DNA of 42,946 bases from Polyangiales bacterium (lineage in GTDB: Bacteria > Myxococcota_A > Polyangia > Polyangiales > Ga0077539): NCBI GenBank assembly GCA_044229975.1, contig JBGARZ010000031.1, positions 1-42,946 on the forward strand, given 5' to 3'. The notes below the pieces were generated by a model. That model saw nothing but the letters and a program-made list of their open reading frames with translations. It searched no databases and was not told where the DNA came from. Numbering within the stretch: position 1 is the stretch's first letter; every line of letters starts with the position of its first letter. The position numbers and the translations under genes are program-made. Shown in pieces: positions 1 through 9,866 of this stretch.

Positions 1-236
1 CGAACATCAGCGAGAGTTGGTGAGGGTCTTCGACGAGGCCGCCCTCACGCTGAGGGGGCGAACGTTACGCCTGCGCCTGCGCAAAACCCGAGGGATCGGC
101 TGATGCTGGCGGTTTTCGAGGCCCACCACTCAACCCTGCTCAGGGGTTCTTCTGGCGCGACGGGTACCACCGCCGCGCGTCTGCGCTTGGACGAAGAAGG
201 GCCTTTGCGGGGGACGTAGTCACGCGGAGGATTTGG

Positions 237-3092
237 ATGGCTAGACAACAATGGTTTGGGACCCTCGTCGTAGGGGCATCCCTCGGAGTTCTCGGGTGCG
301 GAGACGACCCGACGCCGGGCGCCGATGCAAGCACCGACACCGGCAACGCGATCGACCTGGGCACGGTCGACACCGGCACCGTCGATACGGGAGCCATCGA
401 TACGGGCGCCGTCGATACGGGCGCCGTCGATACGGGCGCCGTCGATACGGGCGCCGTCGATACGGGCGCCGTCGATACGGGCGCCGTCGACACCGGGGTC
501 GTGGACTCTGGCGTGACGGACACGGGCGTCGCGCCCGACACCGGGACGCCCGACGCGGGGACGCCGGACAGCGGCGCTCCGCTCACGGCGCGCACCACGG
601 CGACCAACGGCTCGGCGGTGGTGCTCACCAGCGACGATCTCTTCGCCGTCGCGACCAACCGCACGGCCAACACCATCCGGGTGTTTTCGACGACGGCCAC
701 CGCGGCGACGCCCGTCGGGACGGACATCGCGACGCCCGATGGTGAGCCCTGGGCCGCGGTCATCGGCAACGACGACAACACGGCGTACGTCATCCTGCGG
801 CACACGCAGGAGCTCGTTCGCGTGAGCAACCTCCGCACGGCGCCTGCCATCACCGCGCGCGTCACCGTCGGCTCGGAGCCCACCGGGCTCGCCATCTCCC
901 CCACCGGCCGCCACGTCTACGTCGCCAACTGGGCCAACGGAACGGTCTCCGACGTCGACGTCTCCGGCGCCACCATGACCGTCTCGCGCAGCGTCGACCT
1001 CAACGCCGCCCTCATCGCCGCACCCGGCGCGCCCCTCGGGTCGTCGGTCACCGCCTCGCGGCCCGGCCTCGCGCACCCGCGCGCCATCGTCGTCACCAAC
1101 GACGGCGACACCGACGACGCCGACGAGACCGTGTACGTCACGGAGTTCTTCGCGCAGTACGTTGCGCCGGGCACCACGCTGCCGTCGGGCGAGGCTCGGC
1201 TCGACGTCGAGCGGCGCGGGCTCGTGTACCGCTTCAACGCGGGCACCGGCGTCGCGGGCGACGCCATCAACCTCCAGCCCTTCGCCACCACCAGCGCGGC
1301 GACCGAGGCGGGGTGCTTCCCCAACCAGCTCTACGCCGCCGCCATCAAGGGCGACCGGCTCTTCGTCACCTCGGTGTGCGAGTCCCCGCGCCGCCCGGTC
1401 AACGCGCAGCAGAACCTCTTCGCGGCGGTCTCGCTCATCAACCTGACCACCAACGTGCCGGACACGGCCAACCACGTCCTGCTCACGCGGGCCTTCGCCG
1501 ACCGCTACGCCGCCACCGCCACCGCGGTGCCCGACACCAACGCGCGGCGCTTCCCGCTCATCCCCAACGACATCGCGTTCGTGCGGTCGAGCAACGTGGC
1601 GTACGTCACGTCGTACGGCTCCGACGCGGTCTTCCGCGTGCAGTTCAACGCCGACTTCACGCTCAACCAGGTGGGTCAGGGCACCGCGCAGCACTTCATC
1701 GACCTTGGCGGATTCGCGGCCGCGCCGGGTCGCCTGCCCATCGGCATCGCGATCACCAACGCCGCGACGACGCCGCGCGCCGTCGTCCTCAACGAGAACT
1801 CCCGCAACCTCTCGCTCGTCAGCCTCAACGACCAGGCCGTCGTGGCCGGCGCCGAGGCCGCGCCCGCGCCCGCCGCGGGGCGTGAGACCAACAACAACCT
1901 CGGTCGGAGGTTCTTCGTGACGGGCCTCGGGCGCTGGTCGCTCAACGGCCAGGGCTGGGGTTCGTGCGAGGGCTGCCACCCCGACGGGCTCACCGACAAC
2001 GTGACGTGGACCTTCGCGGCCGGCCCGCGGCAGACCACCTCGCTCGACGGGTCGTTTGACCGCACGGGCACCAACCAGCGCATCTTCAACTGGACCGGCA
2101 TCCTCGATGAGGTGCACGACTTCGAGGCCAACACCCGCGGCACCTCCGGCGGCGTCGGCGCCCTCGTGCACCGCACCTCGACGCCCCTCAGCGCCGAAGA
2201 CCGCATCATCAACGACGGCACCGCGACGACCGGCGCCCAGGTCGCCACCGCGACCCCGCAGGCGGGCCTCAACGGCTCCAACCGCTCCATCACCGCGGGC
2301 ACCGGCGGCGCGCCCTCGGTGCGCTCCATCCTGGAGGACTGGGAGCAGATCGACCTGTACGTGCGCACCATCCGCCCGCCGCGCGCGCCCAACAACCTCG
2401 TCGCCGCGGACGTGATGGCGGGGCGTCAGCTCTTCATCGACCGCAACTGCGGCGCGTGCCACGGCTCGGCCACGGGCACCAACCTGTGGACGGTCTCGCG
2501 GCGCTTCTACGAGCCCAACGAGGCCAACAACGCCGCCGCGGGTCTGCTGCGGGCGCGGACGTACACGGGCTTCCCGACGGCGCTCGCGGCGCTCAACCCG
2601 GCGTCGGCCAACGCGGGTCGGACGGCGGCGTTCCGCATCCTCCCGGCGGACATCACCGCCCAGGGCGCGGGCGGCGGCGACCAGATCAGCTGCGTGCTGC
2701 GCGCGGTCGGAACCATCGGCGGCACCACCACCGCCACCACGGCCGTCGCCCCGTCGGGCGTGACGGTCTTCGAGCTGCGCGCCAACGGCATGGCCTCGCA
2801 GGGCATCACCGGATACAACGTCCCGGCCCTGGTGGGCATGGGGTCGGGCGCGCCGTTCTTCCACGGCGGCAACGCGCGCACGCTGGAGGAGGTCTTCGAC
2901 AACCTCTTCCGCGCGCACCACCAGACCCTCGCGGCGAACTTCCTCGACCTGACGGACACGCAGCGCGCGACGCAGATCCGTCAGCTCGTGGCCTTCCTCG
3001 TGTCCATCGACGACAGCACCGACCCGGTGGCCTTCCCGACCACCATCACGGGCCTGCCCAACGTCGACCTCTGCTCGGGCTTCGCGCCCTGA
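237..3092 (+). CDS. Lipoprotein with DTGAV tether, YVTN/YncE-type beta-propeller and di-heme cytochrome c (CcP/MauG-like) C-terminal region
   Basis: Lipobox (VLGC); blades such as VTVGSEPTGLAISPTGRHVYVAN; two CxxCH motifs (CEGCH, CGACH); VPALVG..APFFHGG..TLEEV tail typical of CcP-like proteins. Confidence 0.8.
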   Translation: MARQQWFGTLVVGASLGVLGCGDDPTPGADASTDTGNAIDLGTVDTGTVDTGAIDTGAVDTGAVDTGAVDTGAVDTGAVDTGAVDTGVVDSGVTDTGVAPDTGTPDAGTPDSGAPLTARTTATNGSAVVLTSDDLFAVATNRTANTIRVFSTTATAATPVGTDIATPDGEPWAAVIGNDDNTAYVILRHTQELVRVSNLRTAPAITARVTVGSEPTGLAISPTGRHVYVANWANGTVSDVDVSGATMTVSRSVDLNAALIAAPGAPLGSSVTASRPGLAHPRAIVVTNDGDTDDADETVYVTEFFAQYVAPGTTLPSGEARLDVERRGLVYRFNAGTGVAGDAINLQPFATTSAATEAGCFPNQLYAAAIKGDRLFVTSVCESPRRPVNAQQNLFAAVSLINLTTNVPDTANHVLLTRAFADRYAATATAVPDTNARRFPLIPNDIAFVRSSNVAYVTSYGSDAVFRVQFNADFTLNQVGQGTAQHFIDLGGFAAAPGRLPIGIAITNAATTPRAVVLNENSRNLSLVSLNDQAVVAGAEAAPAPAAGRETNNNLGRRFFVTGLGRWSLNGQGWGSCEGCHPDGLTDNVTWTFAAGPRQTTSLDGSFDRTGTNQRIFNWTGILDEVHDFEANTRGTSGGVGALVHRTSTPLSAEDRIINDGTATTGAQVATATPQAGLNGSNRSITAGTGGAPSVRSILEDWEQIDLYVRTIRPPRAPNNLVAADVMAGRQLFIDRNCGACHGSATGTNLWTVSRRFYEPNEANNAAAGLLRARTYTGFPTALAALNPASANAGRTAAFRILPADITAQGAGGGDQISCVLRAVGTIGGTTTATTAVAPSGVTVFELRANGMASQGITGYNVPALVGMGSGAPFFHGGNARTLEEVFDNLFRAHHQTLAANFLDLTDTQRATQIRQLVAFLVSIDDSTDPVAFPTTITGLPNVDLCSGFAP
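351..500 (+). repeat. 15-bp tandem repeat (GTCGATACGGGCGCC), about 10 units, 5 perfect (411-485), encoding VDTGA
   Basis: Directly visible, in frame within the lipoprotein linker. Confidence 0.95.
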
Positions 3093-3119
3093 AGTAGGAG
3101 CGACGTCGCGACGGGGTGA

Positions 3120-4421
3120 CTACTCCACCCCGCGCTGCTTCCACAGCATCTCCTCCCACTCCCTCTCCGCATCGCTGTCCCAGACGATCCCGCCGCCGAC
3201 CCCGTAGTGGTCGCCGGCGGAGTCCGTCACCAGCGTGCGAATCGCCACCGTGAGCTCGACGCGTCCGTCCGCGAAGACCACGCCGTAGACGCCCGTGTAG
3301 AGCCCGCGGCGCTCGGCTTCGAGGGCGGCGATGGTCTCCATCGCGGCGAGCTTCGGCGCGCCCGTCACGGAGCCCACCGGGAGCATCGACGAGAGCATCG
3401 CGCGCGCCGAGAGCGGGGGGTCGACCTCGGCGCGAACGGTCGACACGAGGTGATGCACGTAGCGGTGTGCCTCGACGCCGCAGAGCACCGGGACGCTCAC
3501 GCCGCCGACGCGCGCCACGCGGCCGAGGTCGTTGCGATGGACGTCGACCGCCATGGCGTTTTCCGCGCGCTCCTTCTCGTCGGCGGCGAGCGCGGCGGCC
3601 TCGCGGGCGTCGTCGACGGGGTCGGCGCGGCGCGGTCGGGTCCCCTTGATGGGACGCGAGAGGGCGACGCCGGCGCGACGGTCCCAGGAGAGGGCGAGCT
3701 CCATGCTCATGGCGGCGACGCGGACGTCCCCGGTGTGCACGACGAGCGAGCGCGGGGCGTCGGCGCGCAGCACGCGGGCGGCGACCTCCTCGGGCGCGGC
3801 GGGTGGTCGGTGCAGCATGCGGGTGACGTTGACGAGGTACACGTCGCCGTCGCGGATGCTGGCGCGCACGGCGTCGACCATCGCGGCGTGCGCGGGGCGG
3901 TCGGTGGCGGAGGTGAAGGGAGCCGATCTCGCGCTCACGCCCTCGGTAGGCGTCCTTACCCGAAGGGACGCGCCCGCCCACGTCGACGGTTCGCTCGGAA
4001 CGACAACCGTCGGCGTGGGCGGGCGCGCCCCTCCGCTTCGCTCCGGGTAAGGACGGTTACCGAAAGCGTGAGCGGGATCGTCGACCGTCACGCGCGCCAT
4101 CCACACCGACGGGCAGCGGTCGCCCGCCGGGCGGCGATCGACGACCGGGCGCGGCGAGGCGGCGTGCCAGCAGGCGTCGTACGTCGCCCAGAGCAGCGCG
4201 ACCGGAGCGTGCGGGTCACCACCCGGAGGGAGCGCGGCGTGCAGCGCGTCGAGCGCGTCGGCGAGCGCGTCGAGCGCACCATCGGGGCGATCGTACGGGA
4301 CACATACCAACGTCTCCGCGAGCGAGAGCGACCATGTGTGATCGTCGACGCGGAGCAGCGCCGCGCCGGGGGTGCGGGCGGCGTGGGTGAGCGTCGCGAG
4401 GGAGGGGCCGACGGCGGTCAC
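3120..4421 (-). CDS. Chorismate-binding protein, aminodeoxychorismate synthase component I / anthranilate synthase component I family
   Basis: PIKGTRPR, KERAENAMAVDVHRNDLGRV, PVGSVTGAPK, AIRT, GVGGGIVWDS motifs. Confidence 0.85.
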   Translation of the reverse strand: MTAVGPSLATLTHAARTPGAALLRVDDHTWSLSLAETLVCVPYDRPDGALDALADALDALHAALPPGGDPHAPVALLWATYDACWHAASPRPVVDRRPAGDRCPSVWMARVTVDDPAHAFGNRPYPERSGGARPPTPTVVVPSEPSTWAGASLRVRTPTEGVSARSAPFTSATDRPAHAAMVDAVRASIRDGDVYLVNVTRMLHRPPAAPEEVAARVLRADAPRSLVVHTGDVRVAAMSMELALSWDRRAGVALSRPIKGTRPRRADPVDDAREAAALAADEKERAENAMAVDVHRNDLGRVARVGGVSVPVLCGVEAHRYVHHLVSTVRAEVDPPLSARAMLSSMLPVGSVTGAPKLAAMETIAALEAERRGLYTGVYGVVFADGRVELTVAIRTLVTDSAGDHYGVGGGIVWDSDAEREWEEMLWKQRGVE

Positions 4422-4483
4422 GCGCGGAGTCTGCGACAGGTCGAGGGTGGACGTCGCGGGCGTTGTGTTGTTGTCTGCGCGCC

Positions 4484-5863
4484 GTGACGACCCGGTACGT
4501 GGCGATGCTCCTGGCGATGGCGTGGACGGGGGCGGCCTGCACCTCCGAGCAGAGCATGGCGATCCAGGTGTTCACGCCCGACGGCGGTGACCCGTGGGTG
4601 GGCGACGACGCCGCAACGCAGGCCCGGATGCGGGTGGAAGACCGCGAGACGCCGCCGGTGACGGTTCCGGTTGGGCCGGGGGGAACGTTCACGCTCGACG
4701 TGGTGCTGGTGCGGCCCGACCTCGCGACGCGCATCGTGGTGGAGGCCCTGCGCGGCGGTGAGATCATCGGATCGGGCGGGACGCCACTCGCGCAGTGGGG
4801 ATCGTTCGGTCCGACGCTGCTGCCGGTCTGGGTGCAGCTCCGTGACAGCGTGGTGGTCGCGCCGTGGGGAGAAGGTGCGCGACGCACGCGGCCGTTTCTG
4901 TTCGAGCTGCGGAGCCCGTACATGGCGGCCCTCGGCGGGGCGACGTCGGCGACGCGGGTGGACGTCTTCGATGCGCTGGTGATCCGCCACGGCGAAGACG
5001 CGGCGGCCATCGAGGACACCTTCAACCGCGACGCCTCGGCGCTGAAGCTGGCCGACGGCACGGTGCTGCTCGTCCGCGGCTGCGTGTCGACCGTGTGGAA
5101 CCCCAGCACCAGCATGGCGGCCGCGCCGACCAGCCACCCGGCACCGCAAGAGCGCTGCAACATCATCGGCAGCAGCGTGGTGCAGGAGCCCTCGGGCGGC
5201 GGCCTGGTGCTGGGCGGTCACACGGCGGAGGGCCCCGTCGCACGCGTCGACCGGGTGATGCCCGATGGGACGTGGGTGGTGGCCGAGCCGTTGACGACAC
5301 CCCGCGACGCGCCGACGACGCTGCGACTCGGAGAAAACGACGCGCTGGTCGCGGGCGGTCAGGGCGCGACGGCCGACTACCTGGAGCGCTGGGCGCCGAT
5401 GCTGACGGCGGCGCAGCGGACGGTGCACACGGGCGACGACCGGGTGGACCATCGGACTCGGGCGGCGCTGGTGTCCGCGGGCGACGGCGTGGCGCTGGCA
5501 CTGGGCGGCGTGGTGGCGGGGAGCGACGAGTTGGCGGCGGAGGACGTGCTCATCGACACGCGCTGCGTGACGGGCGGGTGCACGCCGTTGCTGGGCGTGA
5601 GGGCGGTGATGTCGACGCGGCGGCGTGATGCGACGGCGGCGCTGGCGGAGGGCGAGCGGGTGCTGGTCGCGTCGGGGACGACGAGCGCGGGCGCGGTGGT
5701 CGACGCGGTGGAGGTCATCGACGTGAGCAGCGCGCGGATGCCGCGGGCGGGCGTGACGGTGGCGTCACTGCCGTACGAGGGGCTGTCGATGCTGCCGCTG
5801 ACGACGGGGAGCGTGTGGATCGTGGGTGGTGGGCGGACGGAGAGCTGGGTCTATCGGCATTGA
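4484..5863 (+). CDS. Hypothetical lipoprotein with kelch-like repeats
   Basis: Signal peptide ending GAAC; repeated R...A..L.DG.VLV.GG kelch-like units; GTG start chosen within ORF 4463..5863. Confidence 0.6.
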   Translation: MTTRYVAMLLAMAWTGAACTSEQSMAIQVFTPDGGDPWVGDDAATQARMRVEDRETPPVTVPVGPGGTFTLDVVLVRPDLATRIVVEALRGGEIIGSGGTPLAQWGSFGPTLLPVWVQLRDSVVVAPWGEGARRTRPFLFELRSPYMAALGGATSATRVDVFDALVIRHGEDAAAIEDTFNRDASALKLADGTVLLVRGCVSTVWNPSTSMAAAPTSHPAPQERCNIIGSSVVQEPSGGGLVLGGHTAEGPVARVDRVMPDGTWVVAEPLTTPRDAPTTLRLGENDALVAGGQGATADYLERWAPMLTAAQRTVHTGDDRVDHRTRAALVSAGDGVALALGGVVAGSDELAAEDVLIDTRCVTGGCTPLLGVRAVMSTRRRDATAALAEGERVLVASGTTSAGAVVDAVEVIDVSSARMPRAGVTVASLPYEGLSMLPLTTGSVWIVGGGRTESWVYRH

Positions 5864-5888
5864 GCGGAGCGGCGACTGCGCGGGCGTC

Positions 5889-6335
5889 TCATTCGCTCGG
5901 CAACAGGATGAGCGTGTAGGCCGAGGCGGGGCGCGACGACGCGAGCATCGGCCGCGAGTGGTGCACGCGGCGCGGGCGCTCGACGGCGCGCGGGGCTTCG
6001 ACGGGGGCGACGGTCGCGGACGCGGCGCGGTCGAGCGTGGGCGCCGGAGCGGGCGCGGCGACCGGGGCACGCGCCGGGGTGACGACGGCGACGGGCGGGA
6101 GCACCGACGCGTCGGGCTCATCGGCGTCGAGGGCGAGGCGACCCGCGAGGACGGCCGTCGCGAGGAGCAGCAGACTGAGCGCGCCGACCGAACGACGCGA
6201 CGCGGGGACAGGGGCGAGCGCCGCGGCGGGGGCGGCCGGCTCGTGGGCGTCGTGGGCGCGGGGGATGACCGACGGGCAGCGCGCGGCGTGGGCGTTGTAG
6301 TCGGTGGCGGAGGGGGTCGCGTCGTTCATGGTCAT
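5889..6335 (-). CDS. Hypothetical single-TM Pro/Ala-rich protein
   Basis: ATG preceded by GAGGAC RBS-like sequence; hydrophobic segment ALSLLLLATAVLAG. Confidence 0.5.
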   Translation of the reverse strand: MTMNDATPSATDYNAHAARCPSVIPRAHDAHEPAAPAAALAPVPASRRSVGALSLLLLATAVLAGRLALDADEPDASVLPPVAVVTPARAPVAAPAPAPTLDRAASATVAPVEAPRAVERPRRVHHSRPMLASSRPASAYTLILLPSE

Positions 6336-6345
6336 ATCGTCCTCG

Positions 6346-6444
6346 ATGGCCATAAAGAACCGATTGAAATGGCCTGTCAATACGATGTCCAATGAACACG
6401 TTGTGGGCCGAGGTGCCTACATGGCGGCCATTACGGACAACGTG
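6346..6444 (-). promoter_or_regulatory. Putative promoter/operator region (TTGACA -35 on minus strand; GGCCAT-N15-ATGGCC palindrome)
   Basis: Locally AT-rich; TGTCAA at 6375-6380; inverted repeats at 6348-6353/6369-6374 and CACGTTGT/ACAACGTG at 6397-6404/6437-6444; -10 element weak. Confidence 0.4.
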
Positions 6445-6481
6445 AGGCCACACGCCGTGGGCGGGTGTGGGACAGCGGGCG

Positions 6482-8140
6482 CTAGCGTGATCCCACGGCC
6501 GCCGCGAGGGCGTCGCACAGCTCGGTGCGCACGCCGTTGCCCGCCCTGGGCGGGGCGTTGAGCTCGATGTGGCTATCCGTCGTGGCCTCGTAGCGCGGCC
6601 ACACCACGGCGCCCGCTCCGTTGGGATCACCCGTCGCAGCGAAGCGGGTCCAATACCCTTGTAGCGATTCGGACACAGCGAGGTCGTCCTCGGTAGGGCG
6701 ATAGCCAGCGAGGTTCAATGAACCAAACACATACAGGAGTTCGAGCGCGTGGTAGGCGCCGTCCCTCGACGCGAGCGGCGCCCGGGTGGGGTCGAGGCCG
6801 CGCGTGAAGAAGTATCGATAGACGGCCTCGGACTGCGCCGCGCGGAAGGTGCGGGCGTAGGAGCGGGCCGGGCAGGTCCACCGGGAGTCGGTGATGAGCT
6901 GGATGAGCGTCGCGCGCGGAGTGGTGAAGCGCGTCGCGGGATAGACGGCGAGCACGGCGTCGACCTGGGCGGCGTTCAAGCCATATTGGGCGAGGTACGC
7001 GCGGGCGGCGGTCTCGTACTGCATGGGCGTCACGATGGTCGCGGGGACCATGCGCGAGGCTTCGTCGGCGTTGGTTCCGATCACCATGGCGACGTGCTGG
7101 TGGGTGCCGGCGGCGACGAGTTCGAGCGGGGCGGCGGGCAGCACGCGGCCGTCGATGGCGGGCCCGAAGTCGTTGGGGCTGATGCCGGTGACGTCGGCCG
7201 GGAGCGCACGCAGGATGGCCTCCGGGGTGAGCGCCCGCAGGCACGCCGTCGCGTCGGAGCGCGAGGCGCAGTTCGCGGCGGTGATGAGGCGAACGCCCGC
7301 GGCGTTGGCCACGGCGCGCGTGGTGGCCGCGCACCCGCCGCTCTCGATGAGCGCGCGGGAGAAGAGCCCGGCGGAGAGCGGTGAGGCCGCGAGCAGGCAG
7401 ACGTTGACGCCGCCCGCCGACTCGCCGAAGAGCATCACCCGCGAGGGGTCGCCGTGGAAGGCGCGCGCGTTGGCCTGCACCCACCGCAGCGCCGCCAGGA
7501 CGTCGAGGAGCGCATAGTTGCCCGACGTCCCACCGGACTCGCCATCGAGCGAGGGGTGACTGAGAAAGCCCAGCGCGCCGAGGCGGTAGTTGAGCGTGAC
7601 GACCACGGCACCGCGCGTGGCGAGCGAGCGCCCGTCGTACACGGCGACGTCGCCCACGGACACGGCGCTGCTCCCCTGGTTGTTGCCGCCACCATGAACG
7701 AACACCATCACCGGCAGCGGCGCGGCGGGCGCGGTCTCCGGGGACCAGACGTTGAGGGTGAGGCAATCCTCCTGGCCGACCGGGTTGCCCGTGGCGTCCA
7801 ACTGCGGACAGATGGCGCCGAAGGCGTTGGCGTCGCGGACGGCGGACCAGCACGCGGCGGATTCCGGGGCGCGCCATCGTCGATCGCCGACGGGTGGTGC
7901 AGCGTAGGGGATTCCCTTGAAGGAGCGAACACCACCCAGGGCGACGCCGCGGACGGGGCCGTGATCGGTGACGACGACGCCGGGCTCGGTCGAGGCAGTG
8001 ACCGGACAGGCGGCCCCGGTGTCATTACCGACATCATTGACGACATCGGTGACGGGCGCACCGGAGTCGGCGGTGGGCGTGACGGTGCTCGGGTCGCAGG
8101 CCGCGAGCGCGAGGACGAGCAAGGTGATGGGCGTGCGCAT
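6482..8140 (-). CDS. Type-B carboxylesterase/lipase lipoprotein (PnbA-like)
   Basis: FKGIPYAAPP, EDCLTLNVW, VFVHGGG, NYRLG, catalytic GESAG, H in AYHALEL; lipobox LAAC. Confidence 0.92.
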   Translation of the reverse strand: MRTPITLLVLALAACDPSTVTPTADSGAPVTDVVNDVGNDTGAACPVTASTEPGVVVTDHGPVRGVALGGVRSFKGIPYAAPPVGDRRWRAPESAACWSAVRDANAFGAICPQLDATGNPVGQEDCLTLNVWSPETAPAAPLPVMVFVHGGGNNQGSSAVSVGDVAVYDGRSLATRGAVVVTLNYRLGALGFLSHPSLDGESGGTSGNYALLDVLAALRWVQANARAFHGDPSRVMLFGESAGGVNVCLLAASPLSAGLFSRALIESGGCAATTRAVANAAGVRLITAANCASRSDATACLRALTPEAILRALPADVTGISPNDFGPAIDGRVLPAAPLELVAAGTHQHVAMVIGTNADEASRMVPATIVTPMQYETAARAYLAQYGLNAAQVDAVLAVYPATRFTTPRATLIQLITDSRWTCPARSYARTFRAAQSEAVYRYFFTRGLDPTRAPLASRDGAYHALELLYVFGSLNLAGYRPTEDDLAVSESLQGYWTRFAATGDPNGAGAVVWPRYEATTDSHIELNAPPRAGNGVRTELCDALAAAVGSR

Positions 8141-8210
8141 GACGGGAGGGTACAGCAAGGGGAGGGCCGAACGCGGTGGTGAGCGTTCGTGCAATTCGCT
8201 GCGAGCAGCC

Positions 8211-9779
8211 CTACGCCGTCGTCACCGCCGACTGTCGACGACGCGCCACGCTGTAGACCGCGAGCAACACCCCCGCGTAGCCGACCCAGTCGCCCGTGTA
8301 GCCGTACACGGTGCGGCCTTGGCGCAAGTGCACCGTCCCGACGACGTTTTCGCGGGTGAAGGTCTGGCTCTCGGCGATGACCCTCCCCGCCCCATCGATG
8401 ATGGAAGAGACCCCCGAGTTGGCGGCGCGCACCAGGTCGCGGCGGTGCTCGACGGCGCGAAACTTCGACAGCGCGTTGTGGATCCACGGCTCGGCCGTGT
8501 GGCCAAACCACGCGTCGTTGAGGATCACCGCGATGAGGTCGGGGCTCACGCGGTTCTGGAAGTCGCGGACAAACCTCGGGAGGATGTCCTCATAACAGAT
8601 GAGCGGGGCGACGGTTCCACCGGGGATGGGGAGCGAGCGGATGGTGCTGCCGCGCGTGAAGTGACCGCTGTGGGGAGAGAGGTCGTAGATCTGCGGGAAG
8701 GTCTCGCCCAGCGGGATGTACTCGCCAAAGGCCAGGAGATAGACCTTGTCGTACGAACCGCGCATCGCCCCCGTCGAGTCGGTCATGAAGGCCGTGTTGT
8801 AGAGGTTGGGGCGCGTGGGCGTGCCGTCGCGCACCGACAACGCACCGAAGAGAACCGGCGTGTGGAGGTCCCACGGCGGAATGTTGTCGCGGATGTTGGT
8901 GAGTCCCTCGGGGATGCGAAAGGCCACCGCGCTCTCGCTCCAGACGATCCATTCGACACCCTGCGCTTCGAGCACGCGCGACGCGGCGAGGTGACGCTCC
9001 AGCGCGATGACGGGGTCGTTGCGCTTCTCCATCAGCCCGAGGTTCTGCTGCACCACGCCGACCCGCAGCGCCCGCGCGTGCGCGTTGCCCGCGTCGAGCT
9101 GGTTGATGCGCCAGTACCCATACGGAATGGCCAAGGCCCAGAACGCCAGCGCGATGGCGAGTGGCTTCGCGCGCTCGACCCACGAGCCGGTGCGCACCCA
9201 CGCCTCGGCGAGCGCAACGTGGCCCAGCACCATCGCGGCGGTGACCAGCAACACGCCGCCGAGGTCGGCCGTTTGATAGAGCACCGGCGCGTTGTGGAGC
9301 GAGTTGGCGAGGTACCAGGGGAAGAGCAGCGGGAAGGTGAGCTCGACCGCGGCGGCGAGCAGCGGGGCGCTGACGAGGCGCGGCAGACCGCGGGTGTCGG
9401 CCTTCGAGACGAGCCACGCGAAGACGCCGTACTGGAGGCCCTGGGCGATCCAGAGCAGCGACGCGAAGAGCACACACAGCGGGGTGGGGAAGCCCGAGAA
9501 GGTCTTGAGCATCCCGACGATCCAACTGAATCCGCCGGCGACGGCGACGGTTCCGGTGACCCAGCCGAGGCGCAGCGCGCGCCATCCCGTGCGGCCGCGG
9601 AGGGCGACGAGCAGCGGCGCGAGGGAGACGAAGGCGAGCGGGTAGATCTCCTTGCCCGCGAAGCCGAGGAAGATGGCGAGGCCGCTGAACACGGCGCACG
9701 CGAGGGCCCAGCGCTCGCGCATCACGGCGCGCACCGTCGGGTGGGGATGGACGGCGGGGACGGAGGTGGGTTCGGTCAT
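8211..9779 (-). CDS. lnt: Apolipoprotein N-acyltransferase
   Basis: Multi-TM N-terminus plus nitrilase domain with E-K-C triad (WSES, YDKVYLLAFGEY, ICYE), NDAWFG, RAANSGVS. Confidence 0.93.
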   Translation of the reverse strand: MTEPTSVPAVHPHPTVRAVMRERWALACAVFSGLAIFLGFAGKEIYPLAFVSLAPLLVALRGRTGWRALRLGWVTGTVAVAGGFSWIVGMLKTFSGFPTPLCVLFASLLWIAQGLQYGVFAWLVSKADTRGLPRLVSAPLLAAAVELTFPLLFPWYLANSLHNAPVLYQTADLGGVLLVTAAMVLGHVALAEAWVRTGSWVERAKPLAIALAFWALAIPYGYWRINQLDAGNAHARALRVGVVQQNLGLMEKRNDPVIALERHLAASRVLEAQGVEWIVWSESAVAFRIPEGLTNIRDNIPPWDLHTPVLFGALSVRDGTPTRPNLYNTAFMTDSTGAMRGSYDKVYLLAFGEYIPLGETFPQIYDLSPHSGHFTRGSTIRSLPIPGGTVAPLICYEDILPRFVRDFQNRVSPDLIAVILNDAWFGHTAEPWIHNALSKFRAVEHRRDLVRAANSGVSSIIDGAGRVIAESQTFTRENVVGTVHLRQGRTVYGYTGDWVGYAGVLLAVYSVARRRQSAVTTA

Positions 9780-9866
9780 CGGAGTGGTGGGGTTGGGTCG
9801 CTGCGAGTGGAAGCCGTTGCGTGCGCCGGGGCGCGCACGGTAGCACCGGAGCCGGACGCCACCCTC

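Noticed and set aside
1..103. Partial gene at the left edge
   Set aside because: Too short to determine frame, strand or product
351..500. Possible CRISPR array
   Set aside because: Head-to-tail 15-bp units without spacers, in frame in a CDS; no cas genes in the window
45..2921. 958-aa minus-strand ORF and the many other Arg/Ala/Pro-rich overlapping ORFs
   Set aside because: Shadow frames of real genes in high-GC DNA; no motifs, and they overlap well-supported CDSs
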